The notes below the pieces were generated by a model. The model saw only the letters and a list, made by a program, of their open reading frames with translations. It did no database searches and was not told where the DNA came from. DNA of 64,000 bases from an uncultured Actinomycetes bacterium (lineage in GTDB: Bacteria; Actinomycetota; Thermoleophilia; Gaiellales; JALYLC01), in assembly GCA_963743275.1 (NCBI GenBank), contig CAVUPB010000011.1:72153-136152 (forward strand), given 5' to 3'. The translations under genes and the position numbers were made by a program. The first letter of the stretch is position 1. Each line of letters opens with the position of its first letter. Positions 53,562 to 61,958 of this stretch are shown here, piece by piece.

Positions 53562-54967
53562 CCCTCAGCGTCGCGAGCCAGAGCATCAGCGGCCTCGCCT
53601 CGGGGCTCGACACGGCCTCGATCATCAGCTCGCTGATGACGATCGAGCAGCGCCCGCAGGCTCGCATCCAGCAGAAGCTGGTCGTCGAGCAGGCGCGCCA
53701 GGCGGCGCTCAAGGACGTGCTCTCGCAGCTGGGCGCCCTCAAGGCCGCCTATCAGGGGGTCACCGATCCGGCGGCCTGGGCCGACGTGCAGACCGTCAGC
53801 TCGACCGACGACGCGCATCTGTCGGCCACGCGCACGGCCGGCGCGGCCGCCGGCGCCTATGCCGTCGCGATCTCGCAGCTCGCGCGCGCCAACCAGTACA
53901 CGGCCTCCGGTGCGACCACGGCCGCCGCCGACGACGTCATCCACCTCACCGTCGCGGGCACGACCAGCGACGTCGCGATCGCCGCGGGCGACACGCTCGA
54001 TGCGATCGCAGCGAAGATCCAGGGCGTCGGCAACTCGCCCGTGTACGCCTCGGTGGTCGGCGGGCAGCTCGTGATCTCCGACCGCGCCACGGGGGCGGCG
54101 GCGAGCATCTCGTCGATCACGACCAACGGCACGTCCGGACTCTCGTTCGCCGAGACGCGCACGGCGCAGGATGCGGCCTTCACGGTCGACGGCGTCGCCC
54201 ACACGAGCGGCTCGAACGTGGTGACCGATGCGATCGCCGGGCTGACGCTGACGCTGAAGGGCCAGACGACCGCGCCGGCGACGATCAGCGTCGGCGCGCC
54301 GGCGGTCGACAGCACCGCGCTCCAGCAGAAGATGACGGCGTTCGTCACGCAGTACAACACGACGATCGGCTCCATCCTCGACAAGCTCAACGAGCCCGTG
54401 GTCGCGTCGCCGCAGAACGACGCCGACCGCGCCAAGGGCGTCCTCAACGGCGACAGCTCGCTCCAGGCGCTGCTCTCGAGCGTCCGCAACGCCTTCAGCG
54501 ACCTCGTCTCCGGCCGGCCTCCGGGGCTGCAGTCGATGGCGCAGGTCGGCATCTCGACCGGCGCGACGACCGGCGCGGGCTCGCTGAACGCCGACGCGAT
54601 CGACGGCAAGCTCGTCTTCGACTCGGGCCGCTTCGCGACCGCGATGGCGAGCGATCTGAACGGCGTCAAGGCGCTCTTCACGAACCCGACCGGCAGCTAC
54701 GCCAGCGAGGGGCTCGCGCAGCGCCTCAACCGCATCCTCACGCCGTGGACCGCCGGCAGCGCCTCGAACGGCCTGCTCAACACACGGATCGACGGCGAGT
54801 CCGCGACGATCACCTCGCTGCAGGCCGACGCTGCCGCGTGGACGCCGCGGCTCGCGCTCAAGGAGCAGATGCTCAAGGCGCAGTTCGCGGCGATGGAGAC
54901 GGCGCTCTCGCAGGCGCAGTCCCAGAGCCAGTGGCTCGACGGCCAGCTCGCCCAGCTCGGCAAGTAG
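53558..54967 (+). CDS. fliD: Flagellar filament cap protein FliD
   Basis: ATGA overlap with flaG. ISGLASGLDTASIISSLMTIEQRPQARIQQK and C-terminal LKEQMLKAQFAAMETALSQAQSQSQWL. Confidence 0.9.
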   Translation: MTLSVASQSISGLASGLDTASIISSLMTIEQRPQARIQQKLVVEQARQAALKDVLSQLGALKAAYQGVTDPAAWADVQTVSSTDDAHLSATRTAGAAAGAYAVAISQLARANQYTASGATTAAADDVIHLTVAGTTSDVAIAAGDTLDAIAAKIQGVGNSPVYASVVGGQLVISDRATGAAASISSITTNGTSGLSFAETRTAQDAAFTVDGVAHTSGSNVVTDAIAGLTLTLKGQTTAPATISVGAPAVDSTALQQKMTAFVTQYNTTIGSILDKLNEPVVASPQNDADRAKGVLNGDSSLQALLSSVRNAFSDLVSGRPPGLQSMAQVGISTGATTGAGSLNADAIDGKLVFDSGRFATAMASDLNGVKALFTNPTGSYASEGLAQRLNRILTPWTAGSASNGLLNTRIDGESATITSLQADAAAWTPRLALKEQMLKAQFAAMETALSQAQSQSQWLDGQLAQLGK

Positions 54968-54994
54968 CGCTCCCCCGATCCGACCCGAGGTGTC

Positions 54995-55435
54995 ATGAAC
55001 CCCTACGCGAGCGCCAGGCAGGCCTATACCGAGTCGACCGTGATGACCGCGTCGCCCGAACAGCTCGTCGTGATGCTCTACGACGGCGCGATCCGCTTCC
55101 TCCGCCAGTCGGCGGAGGCGATGCGGGCGGGCAACCGCGAGCTGTCCCGCAACCGGATGAGCCGCGCGGAAGAGGTCATCGACGAGCTCAACTACTCGCT
55201 CGACCTGAGCTACGGCGAGGTGCCGCAGAACCTGCGGAGCATCTACCTGTTCGCGAAGCGGCAGCTGATCCGCGCCAACCTCGACGGCGATGCCGAGTGC
55301 ATCGACCGCGTCGCCCGGATGCTCGCCGACCTGCGCGAGTCGTGGGTGACGATCGCCCGGCGCGCCGAGGACGGCAACGCTGCGGAGGCCGGGCAGGCCG
55401 TCGGCGCCGGGCTGCGCGACGGGCTCGCCGCGTGA
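54995..55435 (+). CDS. fliS: Flagellin-specific chaperone FliS
   Basis: YASARQAYTESTVMTASPEQLVVMLYDGAIRFLRQS...IYLFAKRQLIRANL. Confidence 0.9.
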   Translation: MNPYASARQAYTESTVMTASPEQLVVMLYDGAIRFLRQSAEAMRAGNRELSRNRMSRAEEVIDELNYSLDLSYGEVPQNLRSIYLFAKRQLIRANLDGDAECIDRVARMLADLRESWVTIARRAEDGNAAEAGQAVGAGLRDGLAA

Positions 55436-55737
55436 GCTACGAGCGCCTGGCCGAGCTCGCCCTCCGCGAGGAGCAGCTCGTGGCCGGCGAGCGCTGGAGC
55501 GAGCTCGTCGAGCTCCAGGCAGAGCGCGACGAGACGATCGCGGCGCTGCCGAGCACGGCCGGCCTGGTCGACCTCTCGCTGCTCGAGCATGCCCTGCTCC
55601 GCTCGCGCGCGACCGAGCGGGCGCTCGGCGCCGAGCTCGCCCGCGTGGGCGGCGAGCTCGCGGCGGTGCGGCAGGGAAGGCGCGCGCTCGTCGCCTACGG
55701 CGGCGAGCTGGACGCCCGGCTCGACGCGCGCGCCTAG
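55432..55737 (+). CDS. Small coiled-coil protein (101 aa) after fliS, a FliT/FlgN-like chaperone candidate
   Basis: GTG overlaps the fliS stop. Helical and Glu/Leu/Arg-rich. Identity rests on position only. Confidence 0.4.
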   Translation: MSYERLAELALREEQLVAGERWSELVELQAERDETIAALPSTAGLVDLSLLEHALLRSRATERALGAELARVGGELAAVRQGRRALVAYGGELDARLDARA

Positions 55738-55750
55738 AGCCGGCGGCCAC

Positions 55751-55847
55751 GCAACGTCGGGGTCAGACCCCGACGTTGCGCAATGCACGATTGGGGTCAG
55801 ACCCCAATCGTGCGGACCGCAAAGTTGGGGTCAGACCCCAATGTTGC
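55751..55847. repeat. Palindromic repeat cluster 4 (three 29-nt units)
   Basis: GCAACGTCGGGGTCAGACCCCGACGTTGC (55751-55779, perfect), GCACGATTGGGGTCAGACCCCAATCGTGC (55785-55813, perfect) and GCAAAGTTGGGGTCAGACCCCAATGTTGC (55819-55847). Confidence 0.9.
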
Positions 55848-55876
55848 GGACCCGACTCGGCATCACCCGGATGGTC

Positions 55877-55903
55877 TCAACTCACGGCCGGGGCGGTCGA
55901 TGA
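55877..55903 (+). promoter_or_regulatory. Sigma-28-like promoter for flgB-flgC-fliE-fliF-fliG-fliH-fliI
   Basis: TCAA-N15-GTCGATGA with a 71-nt leader and SD AAGGAG. Confidence 0.45.
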
Positions 55904-55974
55904 CCTGCTCGGTCTCAGGGAGCGAGACCGGAGAGCCCACGGACGGGCGCATCCGACAAGGAGCCACTCCGAGC

Positions 55975-56337
55975 ATGGGACTCTTCGACATCACGGACCT
56001 TGCGCTGCAGCGGGGGCTGAGCGGCGCCGGGCACCGGCAGCAGTTGCTCGCGAACAACCTCGCGAACGTCAACACCCCCGGCTTCAAGCGCTCCGACCTC
56101 GACTTCCAGTCGAGCCTGGCCTCCGCGCTCTCGTCGGACGATCCGACGACCGCCCTCGACTCCATGAGCTTCGAGCCCCAGATCGACACGACGAGCAGCA
56201 TGCGCGCCGACGGCAACAACGTCAGCGCCGACCAGGAGCTGTCGAACATGACCGAGAACGCCGTGCAGTACGAGGCGCTGGCCGCGGTCGAGAAGGCGCG
56301 AATCGGCTGGCTCCGCACCGCGATGGGCGGCTCCTGA
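55975..56337 (+). CDS. flgB: Flagellar basal-body rod protein FlgB
   Basis: LSGAGHRQQLLANNLANVNTPGFKR...MRADGNNVSADQELSNMTENAVQYEAL. Confidence 0.9.
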   Translation: MGLFDITDLALQRGLSGAGHRQQLLANNLANVNTPGFKRSDLDFQSSLASALSSDDPTTALDSMSFEPQIDTTSSMRADGNNVSADQELSNMTENAVQYEALAAVEKARIGWLRTAMGGS

Positions 56338-56750
56338 TGAGCGGCATGTTCGGAGCGCTCGACATCGCGGCGTCCGGCATGGCCGCCGAGCGGCTGCGTC
56401 TCGACGTCACCTCGGCGAACCTCGCCAACGCCGACACGACCCGCGGGGCGAACGGCCAGCCGTACGTCCGCCAGGAGGTCGCGCTGCAGGCCGGCGGCGT
56501 CACGAGCTTCTCGAACGTCCTCTCGGGCGTGCAGGTCGCCGGCATCGTCAACGACCCGAGCCCGCCGCGCCGCGTCTACCAGCCGGGCCACCCCGATGCC
56601 GACGCGAACGGCTACGTCAATCTCCCGAACGTCAACTCGGTCACGGAGATGACCGACCTGATCGCGGAGAGCCGCAGCTACGAGGCCGACACGCAGGCAT
56701 TCCAGACGGCCAAGACGCTGTACTCCAAGACCCTCGACCTCCTTCACTGA
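56337..56750 (+). CDS. flgC: Flagellar basal-body rod protein FlgC
   Basis: MFGALDIAASGMAAERLRLDVTSANLANADTTR...GYVNLPNVNSVTEMTDLIAESRSYEADTQAF. Confidence 0.9.
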   Translation: MSGMFGALDIAASGMAAERLRLDVTSANLANADTTRGANGQPYVRQEVALQAGGVTSFSNVLSGVQVAGIVNDPSPPRRVYQPGHPDADANGYVNLPNVNSVTEMTDLIAESRSYEADTQAFQTAKTLYSKTLDLLH

Positions 56751-57052
56751 TGACGCTTCCGATCCCACCCATCGGCGGCGCCACGCTGCCGTCGCTGACC
56801 AGCGACACCGCGCCCGCGACCGACACCTCGGCCGGCGGCTTCGGCAAGGCGCTCGCGGGCGCGATCGACAAGCTCTCCGCGTCGCAGAACCAGGCGAGCG
56901 ACCAGGCGCAGCAACTCGCAACCGGTCAGGCGAAGGACATCTCGTCCGTCGTGCTGTCGGTGGAGCGGGCGAGTCTCGAGCTCCAGCTCGCCGTCCAGCT
57001 CCGCAACAAGGGCGTCGAGGCGTATCAGGAACTCTTCCGGATGCAGGTGTAG
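56750..57052 (+). CDS. fliE: Flagellar hook-basal body complex protein FliE
   Basis: 100 aa. GGFGKALAGAIDKLSASQNQASDQAQQLATGQAKDISSVVLSVERASLELQLAVQLRNKGVEAYQELFRMQV. Confidence 0.9.
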   Translation: MTLPIPPIGGATLPSLTSDTAPATDTSAGGFGKALAGAIDKLSASQNQASDQAQQLATGQAKDISSVVLSVERASLELQLAVQLRNKGVEAYQELFRMQV

Positions 57053-57055
57053 CGC

Positions 57056-58591
57056 ATGAACCTGACAAGTCTGCGCGAGACGTGGAACGGCATCGACACC
57101 CGCGGTCAGCTGACGCTCGCGGCGTCGCTGCTGGCCGTCGTCGGGACGCTGTTCCTCCTCTACACGTTCGCGTCGCGGCCGAGCTACACGACGCTCGCGA
57201 GCAACCTCCAGCCGGCCGAGACCGCCAAGGCGGAAAGCGCGCTCGGCGCGGCGGGCATCGCCTACAAGACCGAGAGCGGCGGCACGCAGATCGCCGTCCA
57301 GTCGGGCCAGGAGGCGTCGGCGCGCGTCGCGCTCGCCGAGAAGGGCGTGCTCAACGGCAGCCACGTCGGCTTCGAGCTCTTCGACAAGACGAGCCTCGGC
57401 GCGACGGACTTCCAGCAGACGGTCAACTACCAGCGCGCGCTCGAGGGCGAGATCGCCTCGACGATCGAGCAGATCCAGGGCGTCTCGAGCGCGAGCGTGC
57501 AGCTCGTGCTGCCCGAGGCCACGCTGTTTGCGGACCAGCAGGCGAAGGCGACCGCCGGCGTGCTCGTCGACGGCGGCTCCGGCCTCGACGCGGCGACCAT
57601 CAGCGGCATCGCCCACCTCACCGCCGCGAGCGTCAAGAGCCTCGACGCCCAGCACGTCACGATCACCGACGAGACCGGGGCGCTGTTGTGGCCGACGAGC
57701 TCCGGCACGGGCCCGACCACATCGGGCAAGCTCCAGGCCGACGCGCTCTACGCCGCGCAGCTGACGGGTCAGATCAACGCGCTCCTCGCCGCGACGCTCG
57801 GTCCCGGCAAGGCGATCGCGCGCGTGCACGCCGATCTGAACGCCGACGAGACGACCATCGACAAGGTCACCTACGCGAAGAGGGGCGTCCCGCTCACGAA
57901 GCAGACGGGCCTCGAGTCGCTCAACAGCAAGGGCGGCGCGCCCGCCTCGCTGCCGTCCGGCGCGAACACCAACACGACGCCGTCGTACGCGGCGACGGCG
58001 GCGGGCGGGAAGAGCCAGTCGCAGTACAAGCACGCGACGAACTCGACGACCTTCGGGGTCGACAAGACGATCAAGCGCAGCGTCCTCGCCCCCGGCACGA
58101 TCAACAAGCTCGACCTCGCGCTCGTGGTCGACACCTCGGTGCCCGCGGCCCAGGTCGCGTCGCTGAAGAAGTCGGTCGCCGGCATGGCGGGCATCACGCC
58201 CTCGCGCGGCGACACGTTCGCCGTGTCGAGGGTCGCGTTCGCCAAGCCGCCGAAGGCGGCGCCGAAGCCCGGCCCGGTCGACGGCCTCATGAGCGATCCG
58301 CTCTCGATGGCGCGCAACGCCCTCATCGGGCTCGGCTCGCTCGTCTTCCTGTTCCTGATGCGCCGGGCGCTCAAGCGCCGCGAGAGCGATCCCTCGGTGC
58401 CGGAGCCCACCTGGCTGCGCGAGATCCAGAGCGGCAGCATGACGGTCGCCCAGCTCGAGTCGGCCGGAGGCCACGTCGCGCTGCCTGCCTCGGGCTCGAA
58501 ACAGAGCCCGGCCAGCCGTCAGGTCGAGGAGATGGTGCGCAGCCAGCCCAACGCAGTGGCGAACCAGGTCGCGGCATGGATGAAGGAGTAG
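57056..58591 (+). CDS. fliF: Flagellar MS-ring protein FliF
   Basis: 511 aa. YTTLASNLQPAETAKAESALGAAGIAYK...GFELFDKTSLGATDFQQTVNYQRALEGEIASTI. Confidence 0.9.
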   Translation: MNLTSLRETWNGIDTRGQLTLAASLLAVVGTLFLLYTFASRPSYTTLASNLQPAETAKAESALGAAGIAYKTESGGTQIAVQSGQEASARVALAEKGVLNGSHVGFELFDKTSLGATDFQQTVNYQRALEGEIASTIEQIQGVSSASVQLVLPEATLFADQQAKATAGVLVDGGSGLDAATISGIAHLTAASVKSLDAQHVTITDETGALLWPTSSGTGPTTSGKLQADALYAAQLTGQINALLAATLGPGKAIARVHADLNADETTIDKVTYAKRGVPLTKQTGLESLNSKGGAPASLPSGANTNTTPSYAATAAGGKSQSQYKHATNSTTFGVDKTIKRSVLAPGTINKLDLALVVDTSVPAAQVASLKKSVAGMAGITPSRGDTFAVSRVAFAKPPKAAPKPGPVDGLMSDPLSMARNALIGLGSLVFLFLMRRALKRRESDPSVPEPTWLREIQSGSMTVAQLESAGGHVALPASGSKQSPASRQVEEMVRSQPNAVANQVAAWMKE

Positions 58592-59622
58592 CGACCCGGC
58601 CCGCGCCCAGCGGGATCACCCCGCGCCAGAAGGCGGCGATTCTCTGCGTGACGCTCGGCCTCGAGGGCGCGGCGAGCGTGTTCCGGCACCTGCCCGACGA
58701 GCTGGTCGAGCGGCTGGCCGCCGAGATGGTGCGCATCAGCGAGGTCAGCCCCGAGCACGCCGAGCTCGTCCATCGCGAGCTGGCCGAGAACGTCCTCGCC
58801 CACGGCTACCTCGTCGAGGGCGGCGTCCGCTACGCGCGCGAGGTGCTGACGGAGGCGGTCGGCGAGTCGCGGGCGGGGGCCATCCTCAGCCGGCTCGCGA
58901 CGTACATGGAGGCGACGCCGTTCGAGTTCCTGCGCGAGTCGTCGCCGGAGCAGATCTCCACCTTCCTGCGCGGCGAGCATCCGCAGACGGTCGCGCTCGT
59001 GATCGTCAACCTGCCGTCGAGTGAGCTCTCGGCCAAGGTGATGCAGCTGATCCCGGCGGCCGAGCAGTCGGATGTCGCGATGCGCATCGCGCTGATGCGG
59101 CAGACCCCGCCCGACGTCGTCAGGGACGTCGCCGGCGTGATGGAGGCGAAGCTCGAGACGGTGCTGCGGCAGGAGTACTCGGCGGCCCGCGGCGTCGGCT
59201 CGCTCGCCGACATCCTCAACAACTCCGATCGCGGCACCGAGCGCAACGTGCTCGAGTACCTCGCGAGCGCGAATCCCGAGCTTGCCGACGAGGTGCGCGC
59301 GCTGCTGTTCGTCTTCGACGACCTGCTCAAGCTCGACGACCGGTCGATCCAGCTCGTGCTCAAGGAGATCGACTCGAAGGATCTCGCGCTCGCCCTGCGC
59401 GGAACCGCCGACGAGGTCAAGGAGCGCATCCTCGCCAACATCTCGCAGCGGGCCGCCGAGATGGTGCGCGACGAGATGACGCTGATGCCGCCGCAGCGGC
59501 GGCGCGTCGTCGAGGAGGCGCAGTCGAAGGTGGTCGCAGTCGTGCGCAGGCTCGAGGATGCGGGGACCATCGTCCTCGTGCGCGGCGAGTCGGGCGACGC
59601 CGAGGACGAGCTCGTCGCATGA
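58576..59622 (+). CDS. fliG: Flagellar motor switch protein FliG
   Basis: RQKAAILCVTLGLEGAASVFRHL...FLRGEHPQTVALVIVNL...ALLFVFDDLLKLDDRSIQLVLKEIDSKDLALALRG. Confidence 0.9.
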   Translation: MDEGVATRPAPSGITPRQKAAILCVTLGLEGAASVFRHLPDELVERLAAEMVRISEVSPEHAELVHRELAENVLAHGYLVEGGVRYAREVLTEAVGESRAGAILSRLATYMEATPFEFLRESSPEQISTFLRGEHPQTVALVIVNLPSSELSAKVMQLIPAAEQSDVAMRIALMRQTPPDVVRDVAGVMEAKLETVLRQEYSAARGVGSLADILNNSDRGTERNVLEYLASANPELADEVRALLFVFDDLLKLDDRSIQLVLKEIDSKDLALALRGTADEVKERILANISQRAAEMVRDEMTLMPPQRRRVVEEAQSKVVAVVRRLEDAGTIVLVRGESGDAEDELVA

Positions 59623-60245
59623 CGCAGCAGCCGTTCGTGTTCGAGCAGCTCGACGAGGGCGCGCTCGTGTCGACCGCCGAGAGCTCGCGCTCGCGGGCCG
59701 CCGAGCTCGTCGCTGCCGCCGAGGTCGCGGCCGCGGGGATCGAGGCGGCCGCGCGCGAGCGCGGCTTCGCCGAGGGGCGCGCCGCGGGCCTGGTGGCAGC
59801 GGACGAGGCACTCGCGGATGTCCGCGCGGCGCTCGACGCCACGGTCGAGGGCCTGGCGGCGGCGCGGGCGGAGTTCGTCGCGGCGGCCGAGCTGCGCGCG
59901 GTCGAGCTGGCGCTCGCGCTCGCCGAGAAGGTGCTGGGCGTGGCGCTGGCCGCCGACCCGGCGCTCGTGTGCGAGGTCGTCGAAGGCGCGCTGCGCCGAC
60001 TCAGCGACCTGGACGGCATCGCGATCGAGCTCCATCCGGACGACGTCGAGCTCGTCGGCGCCTGGATCGGCGCCAGCGGCAAGAACGCCCGGGTGGCGAT
60101 CGACGTACGGCCGGAGCGCCGCGTCGGCCGCGGCGGCTGCATCGTGCGCACGTCCGAGGGCGCGATCGACGCGCGACTGCCGGAGCAGCTGGCGGTGGCC
60201 GGCGAGCTGCTGCGGGAGGCCTTCCCCGCCGGGCGGCGAGGGTGA
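59619..60245 (+). CDS. fliH: Flagellar assembly protein FliH
   Basis: 208 aa between fliG and fliI, with ATGA overlap. FliH-like AELRAVELALALAEKVLG...VRPERRVGRGGCIVRTSEGAIDARL. Confidence 0.75.
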   Translation: MTQQPFVFEQLDEGALVSTAESSRSRAAELVAAAEVAAAGIEAAARERGFAEGRAAGLVAADEALADVRAALDATVEGLAAARAEFVAAAELRAVELALALAEKVLGVALAADPALVCEVVEGALRRLSDLDGIAIELHPDDVELVGAWIGASGKNARVAIDVRPERRVGRGGCIVRTSEGAIDARLPEQLAVAGELLREAFPAGRRG

Positions 60246-61582
60246 CGGCCGCGGCGCTCGAGCCCTACTTCGACGCCGTGCGCACCGCCGACCTGATGCG
60301 GCACCGCGGCCGCGTCAAGAGCCTGATCGGGCTCGTGATCGAGGCGACCGGACTGCGCGCGGAGGTCGGCGAGCTCTGCACGATCTCCGCCGGGCGCAGC
60401 GCCCAGCCGGTCGCCGCGGAGGTCGTGGGCTTCCGCGACGGCGGCACGCTGCTCATGCCGCTCGGCGACATGCACGGGATCGGGCCCGGCAATCCGGTCA
60501 CGGCGACCGGCCGGCCGTTCCGCGCCCCGGTCGGGGAGCAGCTGCTCGGCCGCGTCCTCGACGGGCTCGGGCGGCCGCTCGACGAGCAGCCGGCCCCGGC
60601 GACCGGCGAGCTGCGCCCGACCGCGGCGCCGCCGCCGCGACCGCTCAGCCGCCGGCGCATCGTGCGGCGGCTCTCGCTCGGCGTGCGCGCGCTCGACACG
60701 CTCGTCCCGTGCGGCACGGGGCAGCGGCTCGGGATCTTCGCCGGCTCGGGCGTGGGCAAGTCGTCGCTGCTCGGCATGATCGCCCGGTCGACGACCGCCG
60801 ACGTCAACGTGATCTGCCTCGTCGGCGAGCGCGGCCGTGAGGTGCGCGAGTTCATCGAGCGCGATCTCGGCGACGCGCTCGCCCATTCGGTCGTCGTCGT
60901 CGCGACCTCCGACGAGCCGGCGCTCGCGCGCATCAAGGCGGCGCTCGTGGCGACCACGATCGCCGAGTGGTTCCGCGACCGCGGCGACGACGTGCTGCTG
61001 ATGATGGACTCCGTCACCCGGCTCGCGACGGCGCAGCGGGAGCTCGGCCTCGCGATCGGCGAGCCGCCGGCGGCGCGCGGCTTCACGCCGAGCGTGTTCG
61101 CGCTGCTGCCGCGCCTGCTCGAGCGCGCCGGCCAGAGCGACCGTGGGTCGATCACCGGTCTCTACACCGTGCTCGTCGAGGGCGACGACATGAACGATCC
61201 GGTCGCCGACTCCGTGCGCTCGATCCTCGACGGCCACTGCGTGCTCACGCGCGAGCTCGCGCATCGCAACCACTACCCGGCGATCGACGTCCTCCAGTCG
61301 GTGTCGCGGCTCGCCGGCGAGGTGACGGGGCCCGAGGTGCAGGCGGCGGCCGGGACGCTGCGCGAGCTGCTCGCGCTGCACCGCGAGAAGGCCGACCTGA
61401 TCGCGATCGGCGCCTACGTCGGAGGCACCGACGCGCACATCGACCGCGCGATCGCGGCGATGCCGGCGATCGAGGGCTTCCTGCGCCAGCGCGTGGACGA
61501 GCCGTCCCCGGCCGAGCAGTCCGATGCGGCGCTGCTCGACCTCCTCGCGCCCGCGGTGCCGGGCGACGTCGTTCAGGCGTAG
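60242..61582 (+). CDS. fliI: Flagellum-specific ATPase FliI
   Basis: Walker A GIFAGSGVGKSSLLGMI, Walker B DVLLMMDSVTRLA and HYPAIDVLQSVSR. Confidence 0.95.
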   Translation: MTAAALEPYFDAVRTADLMRHRGRVKSLIGLVIEATGLRAEVGELCTISAGRSAQPVAAEVVGFRDGGTLLMPLGDMHGIGPGNPVTATGRPFRAPVGEQLLGRVLDGLGRPLDEQPAPATGELRPTAAPPPRPLSRRRIVRRLSLGVRALDTLVPCGTGQRLGIFAGSGVGKSSLLGMIARSTTADVNVICLVGERGREVREFIERDLGDALAHSVVVVATSDEPALARIKAALVATTIAEWFRDRGDDVLLMMDSVTRLATAQRELGLAIGEPPAARGFTPSVFALLPRLLERAGQSDRGSITGLYTVLVEGDDMNDPVADSVRSILDGHCVLTRELAHRNHYPAIDVLQSVSRLAGEVTGPEVQAAAGTLRELLALHREKADLIAIGAYVGGTDAHIDRAIAAMPAIEGFLRQRVDEPSPAEQSDAALLDLLAPAVPGDVVQA

Positions 61583-61794
61583 ACGTCGATGCGCGGGCGG
61601 CGCGGCGGCTGTGCGGCGGCGCTCGAGGTGACGATCGTGCGGTAGGCGCTCCGCACCTCCGCCAGCGCGCGCAGGTCGCCCGTGCCGGTGTCGGGATGGA
61701 GGTGGCGCAGGCGCGCGCGGTACGCCGAGCGAGCCGCGGCGGGCGTGCAGGCGGCCGGAAGGCCGAGAATCCGGTGGGCGTCCCGCAATTCCAT
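61573..61794 (-). CDS. Small J-domain (DnaJ-like) protein, 73 aa
   Basis: AHRILGLPAACTPAAARSAYRARLRHLHPDTG contains the HPD tripeptide in J-domain context. It is convergent with fliI and overlaps it by 10 nt. Confidence 0.55.
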   Translation of the reverse strand: MELRDAHRILGLPAACTPAAARSAYRARLRHLHPDTGTGDLRALAEVRSAYRTIVTSSAAAQPPRRPRIDVYA

Positions 61795-61877
61795 CTCGGA
61801 TCGAAGCTACCACGACTCCCTGGCCGCGGTCGATCCCCGAGCGGCCCGGCCGTCGAGCCGCCCGTGACGGCTCCGCC

Positions 61878-61904
61878 TCACATCCGCGGGCGTCCGGCCG
61901 ATTA
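61878..61904 (+). promoter_or_regulatory. Sigma-28-like promoter for fliM-fliY
   Basis: TCAC-N15-GCCGATTA, about 40-55 nt upstream of the fliM start. Confidence 0.4.
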
Positions 61905-61958
61905 CCGCGATGAGCGCTTGCACGAGGGAAGAGGGCGAAGCAATTGGCCGGAGATCAG

